Source: Curvularia clavata
Taxonomy: Eukaryota
DNA length: 64,000 nucleotides
Assembly (NCBI GenBank): GCA_023920165.1
Contig: CP089279.1
Location: 2,480,001 to 2,544,000, forward strand
Direction: 5' to 3'
Every line of letters starts with the position of its first letter. Position 1 is the stretch's first letter. This document shows, in pieces, positions 22,848 to 34,191 of this stretch. The position numbers were made by a program, and so were the translations under genes. The notes below the pieces were generated by a model. The model was given only the letters and a program-made list of their open reading frames with translations. It had not been told where the DNA came from and did not search any database.

Positions 22848-25044
22848 GGTGTGTCTGATTTGGTAGGGGAGGATTAATCAAGTTGAAGACGTATGAACTT
22901 TAGAACAAATTTTAGGTGTACTGGTCTGCGTAGTTCAGACTTCAAGTCGTACGGCTGAGGATGTGGAAGTAAGCGAGAGGGGGCTCCTACATATAGCTGT
23001 GTGAGAGCGTACTCCTTCGCCTACGCGCTTACAACTGCGTCCCTGCTCCGTGCACCGGTAGTACTAGAATCCTGCCAGACCGTCCCAGGGCCACAACCAA
23101 TGGAAACAGGCCGACCACAATGCTGTTAACCACGCCGAAGCCGAAGCCACGAGCAGGGAGACTGCCAGCAAGACAGCCAGCGGACCAGCGTGAGCCACTA
23201 TGGAACGATAAATGTGCATATTCACGACCTGCCTCTGTGTACCCATGCGGACCATACTGCACGTAGGACCACAAAGATACGACGTTGAGTAGCATCACCT
23301 AGATAGCGGGTTAGAGGATCGAAGGCTGCTCATTCCGGATTCTTTCCCGCTCAGCATCTCCCCTGCCCATAACGAGTCATGTTCGACCATGGACAGAGGC
23401 CAAGATACGCTTTGGTCCTTTCGCTCGCCGTCGTACCACGCCTGCTGCATCCACGTCGGCGCACCATATCACGGTCCTCTTCCCCTCCATCAGGCAACCA
23501 ACTTCACATATCCTCTCAATGCTCTGTGCAAAACGCCACCAATTTCGCCTAGCACGTGGCACCGTTGTCATGTTCCGCTATCCGCGGGAGCGGCAAAAGA
23601 GTCGCACCACGGCATAATCGGAAAGAGGACTAGGCCTCTTGATCAGCCCGCTCGTCAGGAAGCCCTCCCCTGTTCACCTGCGACATTTGTAGGAGCACAA
23701 GGCGTAGCATGGCATTTGCATGTTTGCGCCAAGTGAATGGTTTCTGGCGCCTTGCAAAGCGCATCATGTACGCATGCTGTTTTAATTTGATGGCAAAATT
23801 GTTACCGCCATTCCAAGGAAGAAGTATGAGCTTTGCAAGTAGTGTTTCTAGGAGGTATGAAGAGCGAACACAGGTTAGTGACGATTGACGGCGGACCGAC
23901 AGTGGAAGCCAAGCGGAAGCGGAGATTTGGAAGGGTCGACAGATGGCAGGGGAGCGAGAGAGTGTGTGTGGGGATGGTGGGGGGTTCCGAGTATGTAGGT
24001 GGTGCAGATCAGCCTTGCCCGCTGTCATTTGTCAGGGAGAGCTCTCACGTGAATTGCTATTAGAGACACAAGGGTAAATACTGTCTATTAGTCGATACTC
24101 CTCCCTGAAATAGGCATAACGTTAATCTGAGGCCTGTCAGCGTCCATCTGTGTACGGAATAAGAAGCCCCAATTTGGCTTGCCCTTGTACCCACCTGAGT
24201 AACAACCGCAGAACGCTGATGCACAGACTATGGGCGCGTCAGCCTTTTGCTTTCTTTTTTTGACAGGGTAGACCTCATACACGTACGTCCGTGAAAAGGG
24301 CCGGGAACCCTGCCTGCACGTTGTGTAGTCAGAGCGTTTTTTGTTTTTCGGAATTCAGCCTCGCCGCACCGCCCTCCAAACCGTGGAAATATCGTTAGTG
24401 AAGCCTTTTGCAACACAAAGCCGCAGGCAATGCGCCACCTGCATCTGCCTAGTAAAGCTGCCAAACTCTGTTGTTTAGGAGTGCTTCGTGAACGCTGAAG
24501 CTGGTGGGCACAATCATGTACCTCGCGGTATAGTGATTTCGGCGGTGAATTAGGTCGGTTCAGTGGTGGCGGTTTCAGTGCCCAAATAGGCCAGTAAGGG
24601 GCCTGTGAATGATCTTGGCAATACGACTAAACTAAATACAATACCCTGCTCTTCACTTTACGGTTTTCGTCATATCGCTCTCATTGAACAAGGTGTGCGT
24701 TTTACCGGTTACTGTCCAAGATCATTGGCAGATCGACTCGGCTCAGGTGAGGATCTTAAGAGAACGTGCCTACATAGGTGGCTTTGTGTTCGTATTATAT
24801 TTTTCGTATCATGACTGTTTAGGTCATCGATAGGCGCTGGCTGAGAAATCTGTTGTTAGGGAAGTCTTTTAAAAGACGTCGAAAGGTGCAAATGCTGACG
24901 AATGATTCTAAGAAAACTATAAGAGATAGAATTGTGAACATAGCGGTCGTACAAACGTTATGGGAAGCCTAGGATGGTTGCAGGGCCAAGTTTTTTGGCC
25001 TTCCATACATGCCACGAACCCGTTCTTCGAGGCCGGCATCTACC

Positions 25045-25791
25045 TCACAGTCGCTGCGCCAGTGGCACACTGCTAGTTGTCGGTTTTGACCTCCCTGATT
25101 TATCCACAGTCGGTATGATGTCCTCGTCCGGCACGTAGCCTGCGAGGTTTCCATCAACGCTATCGTTAACACGGACCTGGTGCCGGTTTCTCGACTTCCA
25201 CCGTGGTACTTCTCCATTTTTGGACCTTCCAACACCCATGTCTCTCCACCTCTTTGGCGGCTTGACTCCCATCTCTACCAAGTTCGACCATATCCTCTCT
25301 CCACGCTTGTTCCACCTTTCCATCCTCTCTTCATATTCTTCGTCTGTGGGTCGCCATTTGCTCTTTAGTATGCGGCGGATGGCTTCCGGAGAGACTTTGA
25401 AGTGAGCTGCGAGAATTGGCGTTGTGAATTTGTCGGGCTGCGTGCTATGCAGATGCCGTATGCCTTCCATAGTATCGGGCGACAACTTCTTGCGCGGGTT
25501 CCACGCCTCCCCTCCCAATTTCTCTTTCAGGGCCTCCTTTTGCACCTGCCATGCCGGACGTTCCTTCTTTTTCTGAACCTCTCCTGTGAGAGCATCTTCT
25601 ACCTCAGTATCTGGCTGCGCATCTGCTTTTCTCGACAATTCAATTGTTCGTGGCGTTCGGCGGGCATCTGAAAGGAACCGAGACGACTGTTGGTAGATGA
25701 GCGGTCGAGAAGCAGGGAGAACTGGCTGAATGTTGGCAAAAGATCGGATAAATAGACTCAGTGTCTGTCGTGTGCAATTGTAGCAACTCAT
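25045..25791 (-). CDS. RRG9: Required for respiratory growth protein 9, mitochondrial (neugrin family)
   Basis: Motif [44 protein letters not shown]; Arg/Ser-rich presequence-like N-terminus from ATG 25791. Confidence 0.85.
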   Translation of the reverse strand: MSCYNCTRQTLSLFIRSFANIQPVLPASRPLIYQQSSRFLSDARRTPRTIELSRKADAQPDTEVEDALTGEVQKKKERPAWQVQKEALKEKLGGEAWNPRKKLSPDTMEGIRHLHSTQPDKFTTPILAAHFKVSPEAIRRILKSKWRPTDEEYEERMERWNKRGERIWSNLVEMGVKPPKRWRDMGVGRSKNGEVPRWKSRNRHQVRVNDSVDGNLAGYVPDEDIIPTVDKSGRSKPTTSSVPLAQRL

Positions 25792-26180
25792 GATTGTTCG
25801 TAGTTGAAGAAACGCATCCTCGCATGTCCGCACGACAACTTTCTCGCACAGACCCTGTCAAATGTCACGCTACACGACTCATGACAAGCCACGACTTGCT
25901 GCAAGTGATGACATCAACGACGCCGCCCAACGGCTGGCTTTAACGGGCAGACTTCGGGAACAACGTCTCTGGTTTCCCATGCTCGACCACCAGAACGGTG
26001 ATCGCGGGGACCAGCGGCGACATGGATGTGGACCCCTCACACGCACGCGGGCCAAGGCCTCGGTATCATATGACGGCCCCTTGTCGCCGTAAGAATACAC
26101 TCTCTACTGTTTCGCTCGTTGGCTATTCCTATCTGTGATATTACACTGCATCTTTGCGCGTTGTGTTACGTCTTTTAATT

Positions 26181-27676
26181 ATGGCGATGCCCAACCTATT
26201 TCAGCGGCGCACGGCCAACACCAAATCGTACGTCTCGAAACGGAAGACTACGCTGGACCTCGACTAACCGCTATCAGTTGCTGGGGTTACACATTCGAGT
26301 GGACGCCTGACCATCTTACACCGGAGCAGACGAAGCCCATGAAGTTTTCATACGATGTTCTAGCAGAAGAATGTCTCGATCGCTTGAACGTCATATCGCC
26401 ACCACACAAAGGTGCTCTGCCAAGAAACGATACCACCAGAGCTGTGCCAGCATCGGCGCCTGGCACTGATAAAGAGAAGAAAGAACCGTTGCCAGTACCC
26501 AGGCGGGACCTATATGCTCTGCTGAAAGAGCATCATGAAGCCGATCCCAAACTCGCCGAGCTGTGGCGAGAAGTCAACACCGTGCCGGAGTGGGTAGACT
26601 GGGAACAGATAGCCAGAGGGCAAGATGTCTTCTATCGATACGGAGGGCCTGCCCTGACTGGCCTTACGTTCCAGTCACTCTTGGGTGGAATGGGCGCTGC
26701 CCGAGTTGTTGAGACCTTGGCTAGAACTGGAGGCTTCAGTACCAAAGTGGCAAGAGGAAGGCTGTTTGAGACGACGCAACATATCCTTCAATGCACAAGG
26801 ACACTTGAAGGCCTCAAGCCCGGGGGAGAGGGCTTTGCTGCATCGATACGCGTCCGTTTCTTGCATGCCGCAGTGCGGCAGCGAATCATGAAACTGGCGC
26901 GCGAACGGCCCAGCTACTTCAATGTAGAAGAATGGGGTATACCGATCAACGACCTAGACCAGATAGCAACCATCGGCACGTTCTCTTCGACGCTCATCTA
27001 CCTCAGTTTCCCACGTCAAGGCATCTTCCTACGCCAACAAGAGATTGCCGACTATCTCGCACTATGGCGCTATATTGGCTATCTCATGGGGACACCCGAC
27101 GAGTGGCTTTCCACGCCTACCAAAGCAAAAGCCATGATGGAATCTCTTCTCTACTACGAAGTGGATCCATCGGACATGTCAAAGGTTATGGCCAACAACA
27201 TCATCTATGCGCTTAAGGAAGAGCCGCCGACATTTGCTTCGGCCGACATGCTGACAGCCAGTGCCCGCTGGCTGAACGGTAACGCACTCTGCGACCGCCT
27301 TGGCTTGAAGCAAGTATCGCCATACTACTGGTCTCTCATGGCAGGCCAATGCATCTTCTTCATCTTCTACTGCTACACTTATCGTCTTTTCCCCGAGGCT
27401 GACCGCAGGCGCATCGCCCGTGCCAAGGAGGTGATGTGGAATGTCACCATCAAGGCAAAGTGGGGATTGGCTGGTACGGAAACGGCATTCGACTTCAAGT
27501 ATGTTCCACAGTACGACACGTTGACTCAGTTGGGTGATATTGGTGAGAGAAAGCAGCAGCGCTTCAGCAATGAGCTGAGGAATTTGAAGGCTTTGGGCAT
27601 TGCGGTAGGAGTGGTGACGCTGGGGACAATCGTTTCAGTCAAGCTTGCTTTGCGCATGGTTGGAACGATGTGGTGA
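26181..27676 (+). CDS. ER-bound oxygenase mpaB/rubber-oxygenase-like (DUF2236) protein; 2 exons
   Basis: Motifs VPEWVDWEQIARGQDVFYRY, RLFET, VRFLHAAVR, WGIPINDLD, LWRYIGYLMG; C-terminal TM. Intron 26228-26277 gives MAMPNLFQRRTANTKS-CWGYTF. Confidence 0.85.
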
Positions 27677-28103
27677 ATTACAGTGGATGTGCTTGTTTAA
27701 TTTTAATTCGTTTGGCATGTTTGAGTCCATAGTTATGAGAATTTGGAAGTTGAAACAAGTGAGAGTGAGTGTTCTTGCATGTCTTACGCAGCGAGTAATA
27801 TGGGATATGTGCATCAACTTTCACCTGTTGCCCGTCTCTCACTCTACGAACAGTCTATTACTATGGTATCCAACATAAAACAGTCTTCCCCAGCAACACA
27901 GACGAAGCCTCTCTTTCCTCCCTCTCCGCCACACCAAATTGTAAGCTCCATCCAGGATTATACAGGAAAATTTCGTTGCCAGCGTCACATACATATCCAC
28001 ATACACGAAACTGTAAGCTCTCTCTAAGACTCCATGGCACCATTCCATTGTCAGGTCGTGTACATATCCACATCACTCATTGCATGGAATAGGTCTCCTT
28101 GGC

Positions 28104-28876
28104 ATGCCAAAGCACATCCTTCGCATCTGTCCACGAGACCCCGCCCAAGACGGCGTGTGCGGCTGCGATATGTTCTGGAAACGCATCAAAAAGCCTCCGA
28201 ACAATACCAAACCATTCACAGACGCCACTGGACACAGTCAAAAGGCAGTGGATGTCGCACAGCCGTCTGAGAAAGAAGCAAAGCACAAGAAGAAAGGAAA
28301 GAAGAAGCAACGGAGCAACAAGGCAGTTAAAAAGGCTACGCAGGTTCTGGTCGACTACAGCCTCCCTTTTGGCAAAGAGCGTCCAGACTGGGATACGGAT
28401 GAAGTGCGGAAGATGGCAGGGGAGATTTCGTAGGAGTTCCTTGAGAAGGCGGTCGATGGCAAGATTAAACCATTGCTGACAGTAGCCTCAGGGAAAGGGC
28501 CGAAATTTCCAAGCTCATTCTCAGTTTCAGCGGGTTAGGTCTCACGAAGGAGGAACTGCCTCTGCTATCGATTACAGATATCCTTGGGATATGAATTCCT
28601 CGGACCGTACGTATTTTCCGCTCAAGGAACCCAGCCATCCTCGTGCTAACCTCATTGGCAGTCCTGGAGCTTTCATCATCTCTTTTGATCTTCCGGTTCT
28701 GGTCTATGTCTTCACTTTCCTGTGAAATGACATCTCCGGATGCATCAGCAGTCATCAATCTCCGAAAATTTCAGAAAAATCGCAGCCTCTCGCAGCTTCA
28801 AGGGGCCGACCGGACACACACTTGTCTGAAGTGCGAAAAGCGTTTTGTTTGGTATGGAGAGTGGGGATATTGCTAG
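28104..28876 (+). CDS. Hypothetical Lys/Cys-containing protein; 3 exons
   Basis: Introns 28404-28485 (GTGCGG..CTGAC..TAG) and 28607-28661 (GTACGT..CTAAC..CAG) join three segments in frame, ending HTCLKCEKRFVWYGEWGYC*. Confidence 0.45.
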
Positions 28877-29289
28877 CCAGAAAAGCGATGAGAGTTTGAA
28901 GCAAAGCCATCTAAAAGTGCATTTATCCTATAACGTGGCATTTCATTGTGGGTAATGAGAGAATAAGCAACCATAACATCCTCCGAGAGAATTGATGTTC
29001 TGGTGATGTGTTTGCAAGCGGAGAAGACAACAAGGATAGGTAGTCAAGCACAGGCCTAGACCCTGGTCCGGGCGGGCATGACGAAGCGTGCGAGCTGCTG
29101 GTTCACGTCCGTCCACCCAGATCCGTCTCTCGACACGGGCCCGAGACTGCTGCTTGCTGCCATTGTCGTCGCCGTCCGCCGCCGCCTACGATCAGTTCTC
29201 CGCAGTCGTCATGCCGCTTGACTGCCGCGCCCGATGAGCTGCCTACACGACTGCAGCCCGTGCCGCTCATTCCCGTCGTCGTCCTGACC

Positions 29290-31884
29290 ATGTCGGCGTC
29301 GAACATCCGGGTATTCGTACAATGGAAGGACTCGACCGTGTTTGCTGGCGAAGACATCGAATGCACAATCACCTTCAAGAACGTCGCCCTGCCAGAAGGC
29401 CGCAATGGCGCCCCTACTCCAAGACAGAATGGCTTTGCGACGGGCGGGGAGCGCCAGCGCAAGCTCCCCGTGCCCCCAGTTCACTCGTCGACAAGACCCT
29501 CGGTATCCCGCAAATCGTCCTTCAACTCCCAATTGCCGCCTTCTCATCCTCGGGGACATCGACCGGCGCTATCCCTACACACGCCCTCGACGCCAGGGGG
29601 ACTCCAGGCGCCTCCTACACCAAATGCAGCTCAGGGCAATAACAGCGCAGGAGGGCAGAGGCATGGGAGATCCGTGTCCATCATCTCCCTAGGGACAGAA
29701 GTAGGCACTGAAGTCAGCCATGAAAGAGGCATAGGCATCAGACGGCCAGCTAAGGGACACGGGAGATCAGCCAGTCTGCAGGTCGTGCCGGGCAGGCCAA
29801 ACTCCTATCCAAGTACGACGACCGCAAGCAGCAACACAGCATGTTTCTTTGGCTGACACGACAGCAGTTGCCTCGCCTGGCCATCGGTCGGCCACACATC
29901 CCTCTCCACTCTCTGGCGACGCATCTTCCCCTAGCCCTCGCGATACTGGCGACTTCGCCTTCCCTGCCCGTCAAAACAGGAGACGACCAGGCGTTACAAC
30001 CACACCAAGTACCCCAGCTCTCCCAACCACGGGACGAAAACCCTCAAACTCCTTCTCTAAGAACTTCAAGTTCCCTGCTGCCCCGCCGCCGGAAGACGCT
30101 TCACAGCCACCGCCTAGGCCGTCTAACGGCAGTCCTACCAAGCAACCGTTACATATACGACGCAACTCTCCGCAGCCGCCTCATGACAACCATCGGTTAT
30201 CAACTTCTGCCAACCTCGAGGTGCTTTCGCCCGTCGCTAGGATAATATCTGGGTCGAGCATGAATGAGACTCCGCGTAGCAGTGGAGAATTCTACTCGAT
30301 GAGCAACAATTCCAATGAGACAATGGCTTCCGAGTACATAGCCCATCCTTCAACGCGCCTGTTGAGTCGGCCAACACACCAACGGCGGCCATCGCATCTG
30401 GCACCGCCTAGCAAGCAGGCTCAGCCAGAGTCCATCATGATGGGCTATGCGCAGATAATGGGTACTTTTACTCTGGACGGGTCCTTGATCAATCAGGCGC
30501 CCTTTGAAGAGGTGAAGAGAAAGGGTGTATTGGGCGGTCAAGGCGGAGGCGGTGTCGTGGGTGTCGAGAAGACGAAGCGCGAAAGTGGACTCTTTGGTGC
30601 ACTAGGCTGGGGCAGTATAGGAGAGTCTCTGGGCGGACTGCTGGGCCCTTCAGAGCCATCCAGTATCCGAGAGATGAGGGGCATTGCCAGCTCCAAGACC
30701 GTTCCTCTTATTTCCACTCCGCAGTCTATCCTGTTCGTCGACTTGAAACTCGCGCCCGGAGAAAGTCGCAGCTTCACGTACAGCTTCACAATCCCCCGTG
30801 GTCTACCCCCAACACATAAGGGACGCTCAATGAAGGTAGCATACAATCTCACCATTGGTACACAACGCGCGGGGTCGACCAAAGAGCAACAAGTGAAACA
30901 TGTGGAGGTTCCCTTTCGGGTCTTTGGCAGCGTGAACAGTATGTCTCCAACACTGCCTAACAATAGACGCTATGCTAATCATTTGTAGATCGCGGCGAGA
31001 TCTTAGGGCACGATTTGATGTCTCCGTACATTCTGCTTCGTGATCAAGCAAGAACAGCAGCCGTTGATCCCGCATCAGCTGGGAATATCTCTCCAACCAA
31101 GAAGGGAGTTACCCCAAAGAAAGGTCAAGAGGATACACTTAGCGACTTTCTTGACTACGTCAACAATCTGCTCGATCGCCCCCAGCAGAACAATGCAATG
31201 GGCCTGATGTCACCTACTGGCACTCTGCCTGGTCGCTCCTCGTTTGCTGAGGAGCCCCAGAGCATGAAAGAGGCCATTGATGCCGCCATACTGCGCAGCA
31301 ACCTGACCGGTGCAGCAAACCAAAGCGCTAATCGCTTTGAAATCGCTCGGAGTGGTCGGCGTGTCGCCGTCATAATGCTTGCTCGGCCTTCGTACCGACT
31401 AGGCGAGACCATGACTGCAGTCGTGGACTTTAGCAACTCGCACATTCCGTGCTACTCCATCCACCTTTCGCTCGAGACATCAGAAAAGGTAGATCCTGCA
31501 ATAGCGCTGCGTTCGAATGCCTCCATATACCGCGTTACCAAGAAAGTACATGCATCGTTTTCGGAAAACGCCCTGTTCGCACAGAAGTTGGCGTTTTCAC
31601 CAACCATTCCCCCAAATGCGACGCCAGAGTTCATCACATCTGGTGTAAGCTTGGAGTGGAAACTCAGAATCGAATTCATCACGCCACGATTAATGCATGA
31701 AAACGGTGAGGAGGCAACATGGGACGATTTATTAGAGGAAGTATCCAGCGATGACCGCGGTATCATACTCGCTGCTTCACAGAGACTCCCTGCTGAGAGC
31801 TTCGAGGTCCAAGTCCCAATAAGAGTATATGGAGCTGTGAGCGGAGCGCCAGAAGCGCCTGATGAACAGGGGTATCCGGTATGA
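29290..31884 (+). CDS. RGP1: Rgp1-domain protein (Ric1-Rgp1 Rab6/Ypt6 GEF subunit); 3 exons
   Basis: N-terminal VFAGEDIECTITFKN; TPQSILFVDLKLAPGESRSF..LPPTHKG; TPEFITSGVSLEWKLRIEF. Introns 29813-29864/29867 and 30939-30988. Confidence 0.88.
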
Positions 31885-32571
31885 AACTTTTGAGACTTTG
31901 GACAGAGGGGGTCTATCATTTCTATCTCGAAACGTATTGCTACGGCACATGTAGAGTAAAGAACAACCCCTATCCATACTGTTGGGCCTGCCGAAACAGG
32001 TCTGCGTACAAGCCTTGTTGTATCGAGTTTAGTATAGAGGCACTGTGATGGGAAAACAGGCCACGTCCTGGACTTGGGAGAAGAAACGCAACGAATTGGC
32101 TTTTTTTACTTTTCCTTTGTAATATACCAGCTTCATCAAGGAGCAAAACACGAAACATGAAATTTCATCTGCTTGAAACAAACTGGTTCTACATTTATAT
32201 CTTGTTTGCGCGCACTGTGCCATGTCCATAATCTAACAACTAGTCAACACAAATGGAAGCATTGATGATCGATTCAAATGTGATAACTACTTCCTTTTTT
32301 ACTGCACACACATACACACACATGCATATTCAAAAACCTTCTCTAATACATTCAAACCGGTAGCGATTACCCCAGCCCTCGAACGTCTACTATACATATC
32401 AATTCAGGCACTTTCATTTTAACATTTTAGGAGGTGTTTGGCTGCGCTCTAGTTTAGATGTAGAGTAGGTCTTGCTAAACTAAACATTGTAAGTAGACTA
32501 AACTGAAATTCAAAACAAGTAATATATTCAGTAAGTTTCAAGCTTAGGGTAATATTTAGGTCAGCCCCGAC

Positions 32572-32762
32572 TAGACTGGCGAGTGGGTATAGGGCACCCA
32601 CCATGGGTTGGGTAAGGGTAAGGGTATAGGGCTGCCATGACGAGGGCTGGGGTAGGGCTGGGTTTGATGATTAAGCGACACTAACCCACCCCCACCCATC
32701 TCTTAGCAGCCCTACCCCAGCCCTACCCCAGCCCTACCCAGACCCATGTCCCAGTCCAGTCT
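32572..32762. mobile_element. Candidate fold-back/MITE-like element with subterminal repeats
   Basis: Ends AGACTGG..CCAGTCT; left-arm GGGTAGGGCTG-type repeats mirror right-arm (CAGCCCTACCC)x3 at 32707-32739. No target-site duplication seen. Confidence 0.5.
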
Positions 32763-33184
32763 CTGTGGCCGTCGTGCGGTGCTGTTATGTCTATCAAAAA
32801 ACCCAATGATTCCCCTTCAACATTTTAATTTGTAACTATAGTCTGTCGCTCGCCCAGGAAGTACTTTAGATGGACTCATAGATTGCTGTCGTATATGTCG
32901 AGAATTCACATGTGTCTAGCAACAAAACTCGGGATGCAGCCAAGAGAGGGGTTTTAAGTTTACTGGGTAACACGATCGTCCGGGGATATCTCCGACGGAT
33001 TCCTTAGGCGAGGTGATCACCCATTGCGACGGAAACTCCGTCGGATGTAGTGCGTAATGGTGGTTCCTGAGCTGAGCTCACGTATGGCTTGAACAACATA
33101 TAATGAGCGGTATTGGAACGTTATTCATGTATTTCCTACACCCAACATAGATCCGCTCAGCTTGTATAATCATCTCTCGAAATT

Positions 33185-34090
33185 ATGTCTCCACCACGCA
33201 AGGCGCTCATCGCGGTCACATCGGCCCACGCACCTCTCTATCCTGACGGTAAAGAAACCGGCCTTTTTATAGCTGAGGCGCTCCATCCTTTTGAAGTCTT
33301 TAAGAAGTCTGGATTCGAGGTCGATCTCGTATCCGAAACGGGCTCTTATCAACCGGACTGGCTTTCGCAACAGAAGGAATGGTTGAAAGACGAGGAAAGA
33401 AAAGTCTGGGAAGATCACAACAGCGAGTTCCGTAGCAAACTTGATAAGTTGTTGAAGCCTACTGACGTCAAGTCGGAGGAAGTATGTTGTAACATCATCA
33501 GGCGAGAGAGCCGCCTTTCGAGCTGACGACCGTACAGTACGGAATCTTCTTCGCTAGCGCAGGCCACGCAAGTCTGATTGACTACCCTGACGCGAAAGGT
33601 GTGATATTGCCTCATGTCATATGTAGGAGGCTTAACCATACTGACATGTCTACACTCAGGTTTACAATCCATCGCTGCCAACATGTATAGCCGGGGTGCC
33701 ATCATCTCGGCGGTTTGCCATGGTGGCGCAATCTTCCCTGGCATCAAAGACGAAAAGACCGGAAAATCCATCATTTTTGGCAAACAAGTGACTGGATTCA
33801 CGACACAGGGCGAGATTGAAGAAGGAGTTCTCGATACTATCAAGTCCTGGAATAGACCCACCATTGAAGCTGCTGCGGACTCTGCCGGCGCCAAATGTAA
33901 GATCAACCCCCTTCCACACACACATACACACACACAAAATCTGCAACCATCGCTCACGTTGGTAGATATCGCGCCTCCGGGGCCCTGGGATGCTTTTTCC
34001 CATACCGATGGAAGGATTGTAACCGGTGCAAATCCCGCAAGCGCGCAAGTGACCGCTGAGGCTGCTGTAAAAGCTTTTGATCAGCTCTAA
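33185..34090 (+). CDS. HSP31: DJ-1/PfpI family glutathione-independent glyoxalase (Hsp31-like); 4 exons
   Basis: TGLFIAEALHPF (catalytic Glu), YGIFFASAGHA, SAVCHG nucleophile elbow, VTGF, IVTGANPASA. Introns 33482-33537, 33599-33659 and 33897-33965. Confidence 0.92.
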
Positions 34091-34191
34091 GAGTACAATG
34101 AAGGCTTCATGCCTGCCTTTGTAAGTTTCGTCGCCTTGAACAATGGCTCTAGTAGGACCCCATCGGTCGAGCATATAGCAATGTCAAGAAT

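Noticed and set aside
29862..29867. NAGNAG acceptor in RGP1 intron 1
   Set aside because: It changes about one residue in a disordered region, which is common and probably neutral.
32605..32631. Interstitial telomere (GGGTAA repeats)
   Set aside because: Only two to three imperfect units, not TTAGGG, and better explained as part of the fold-back element.
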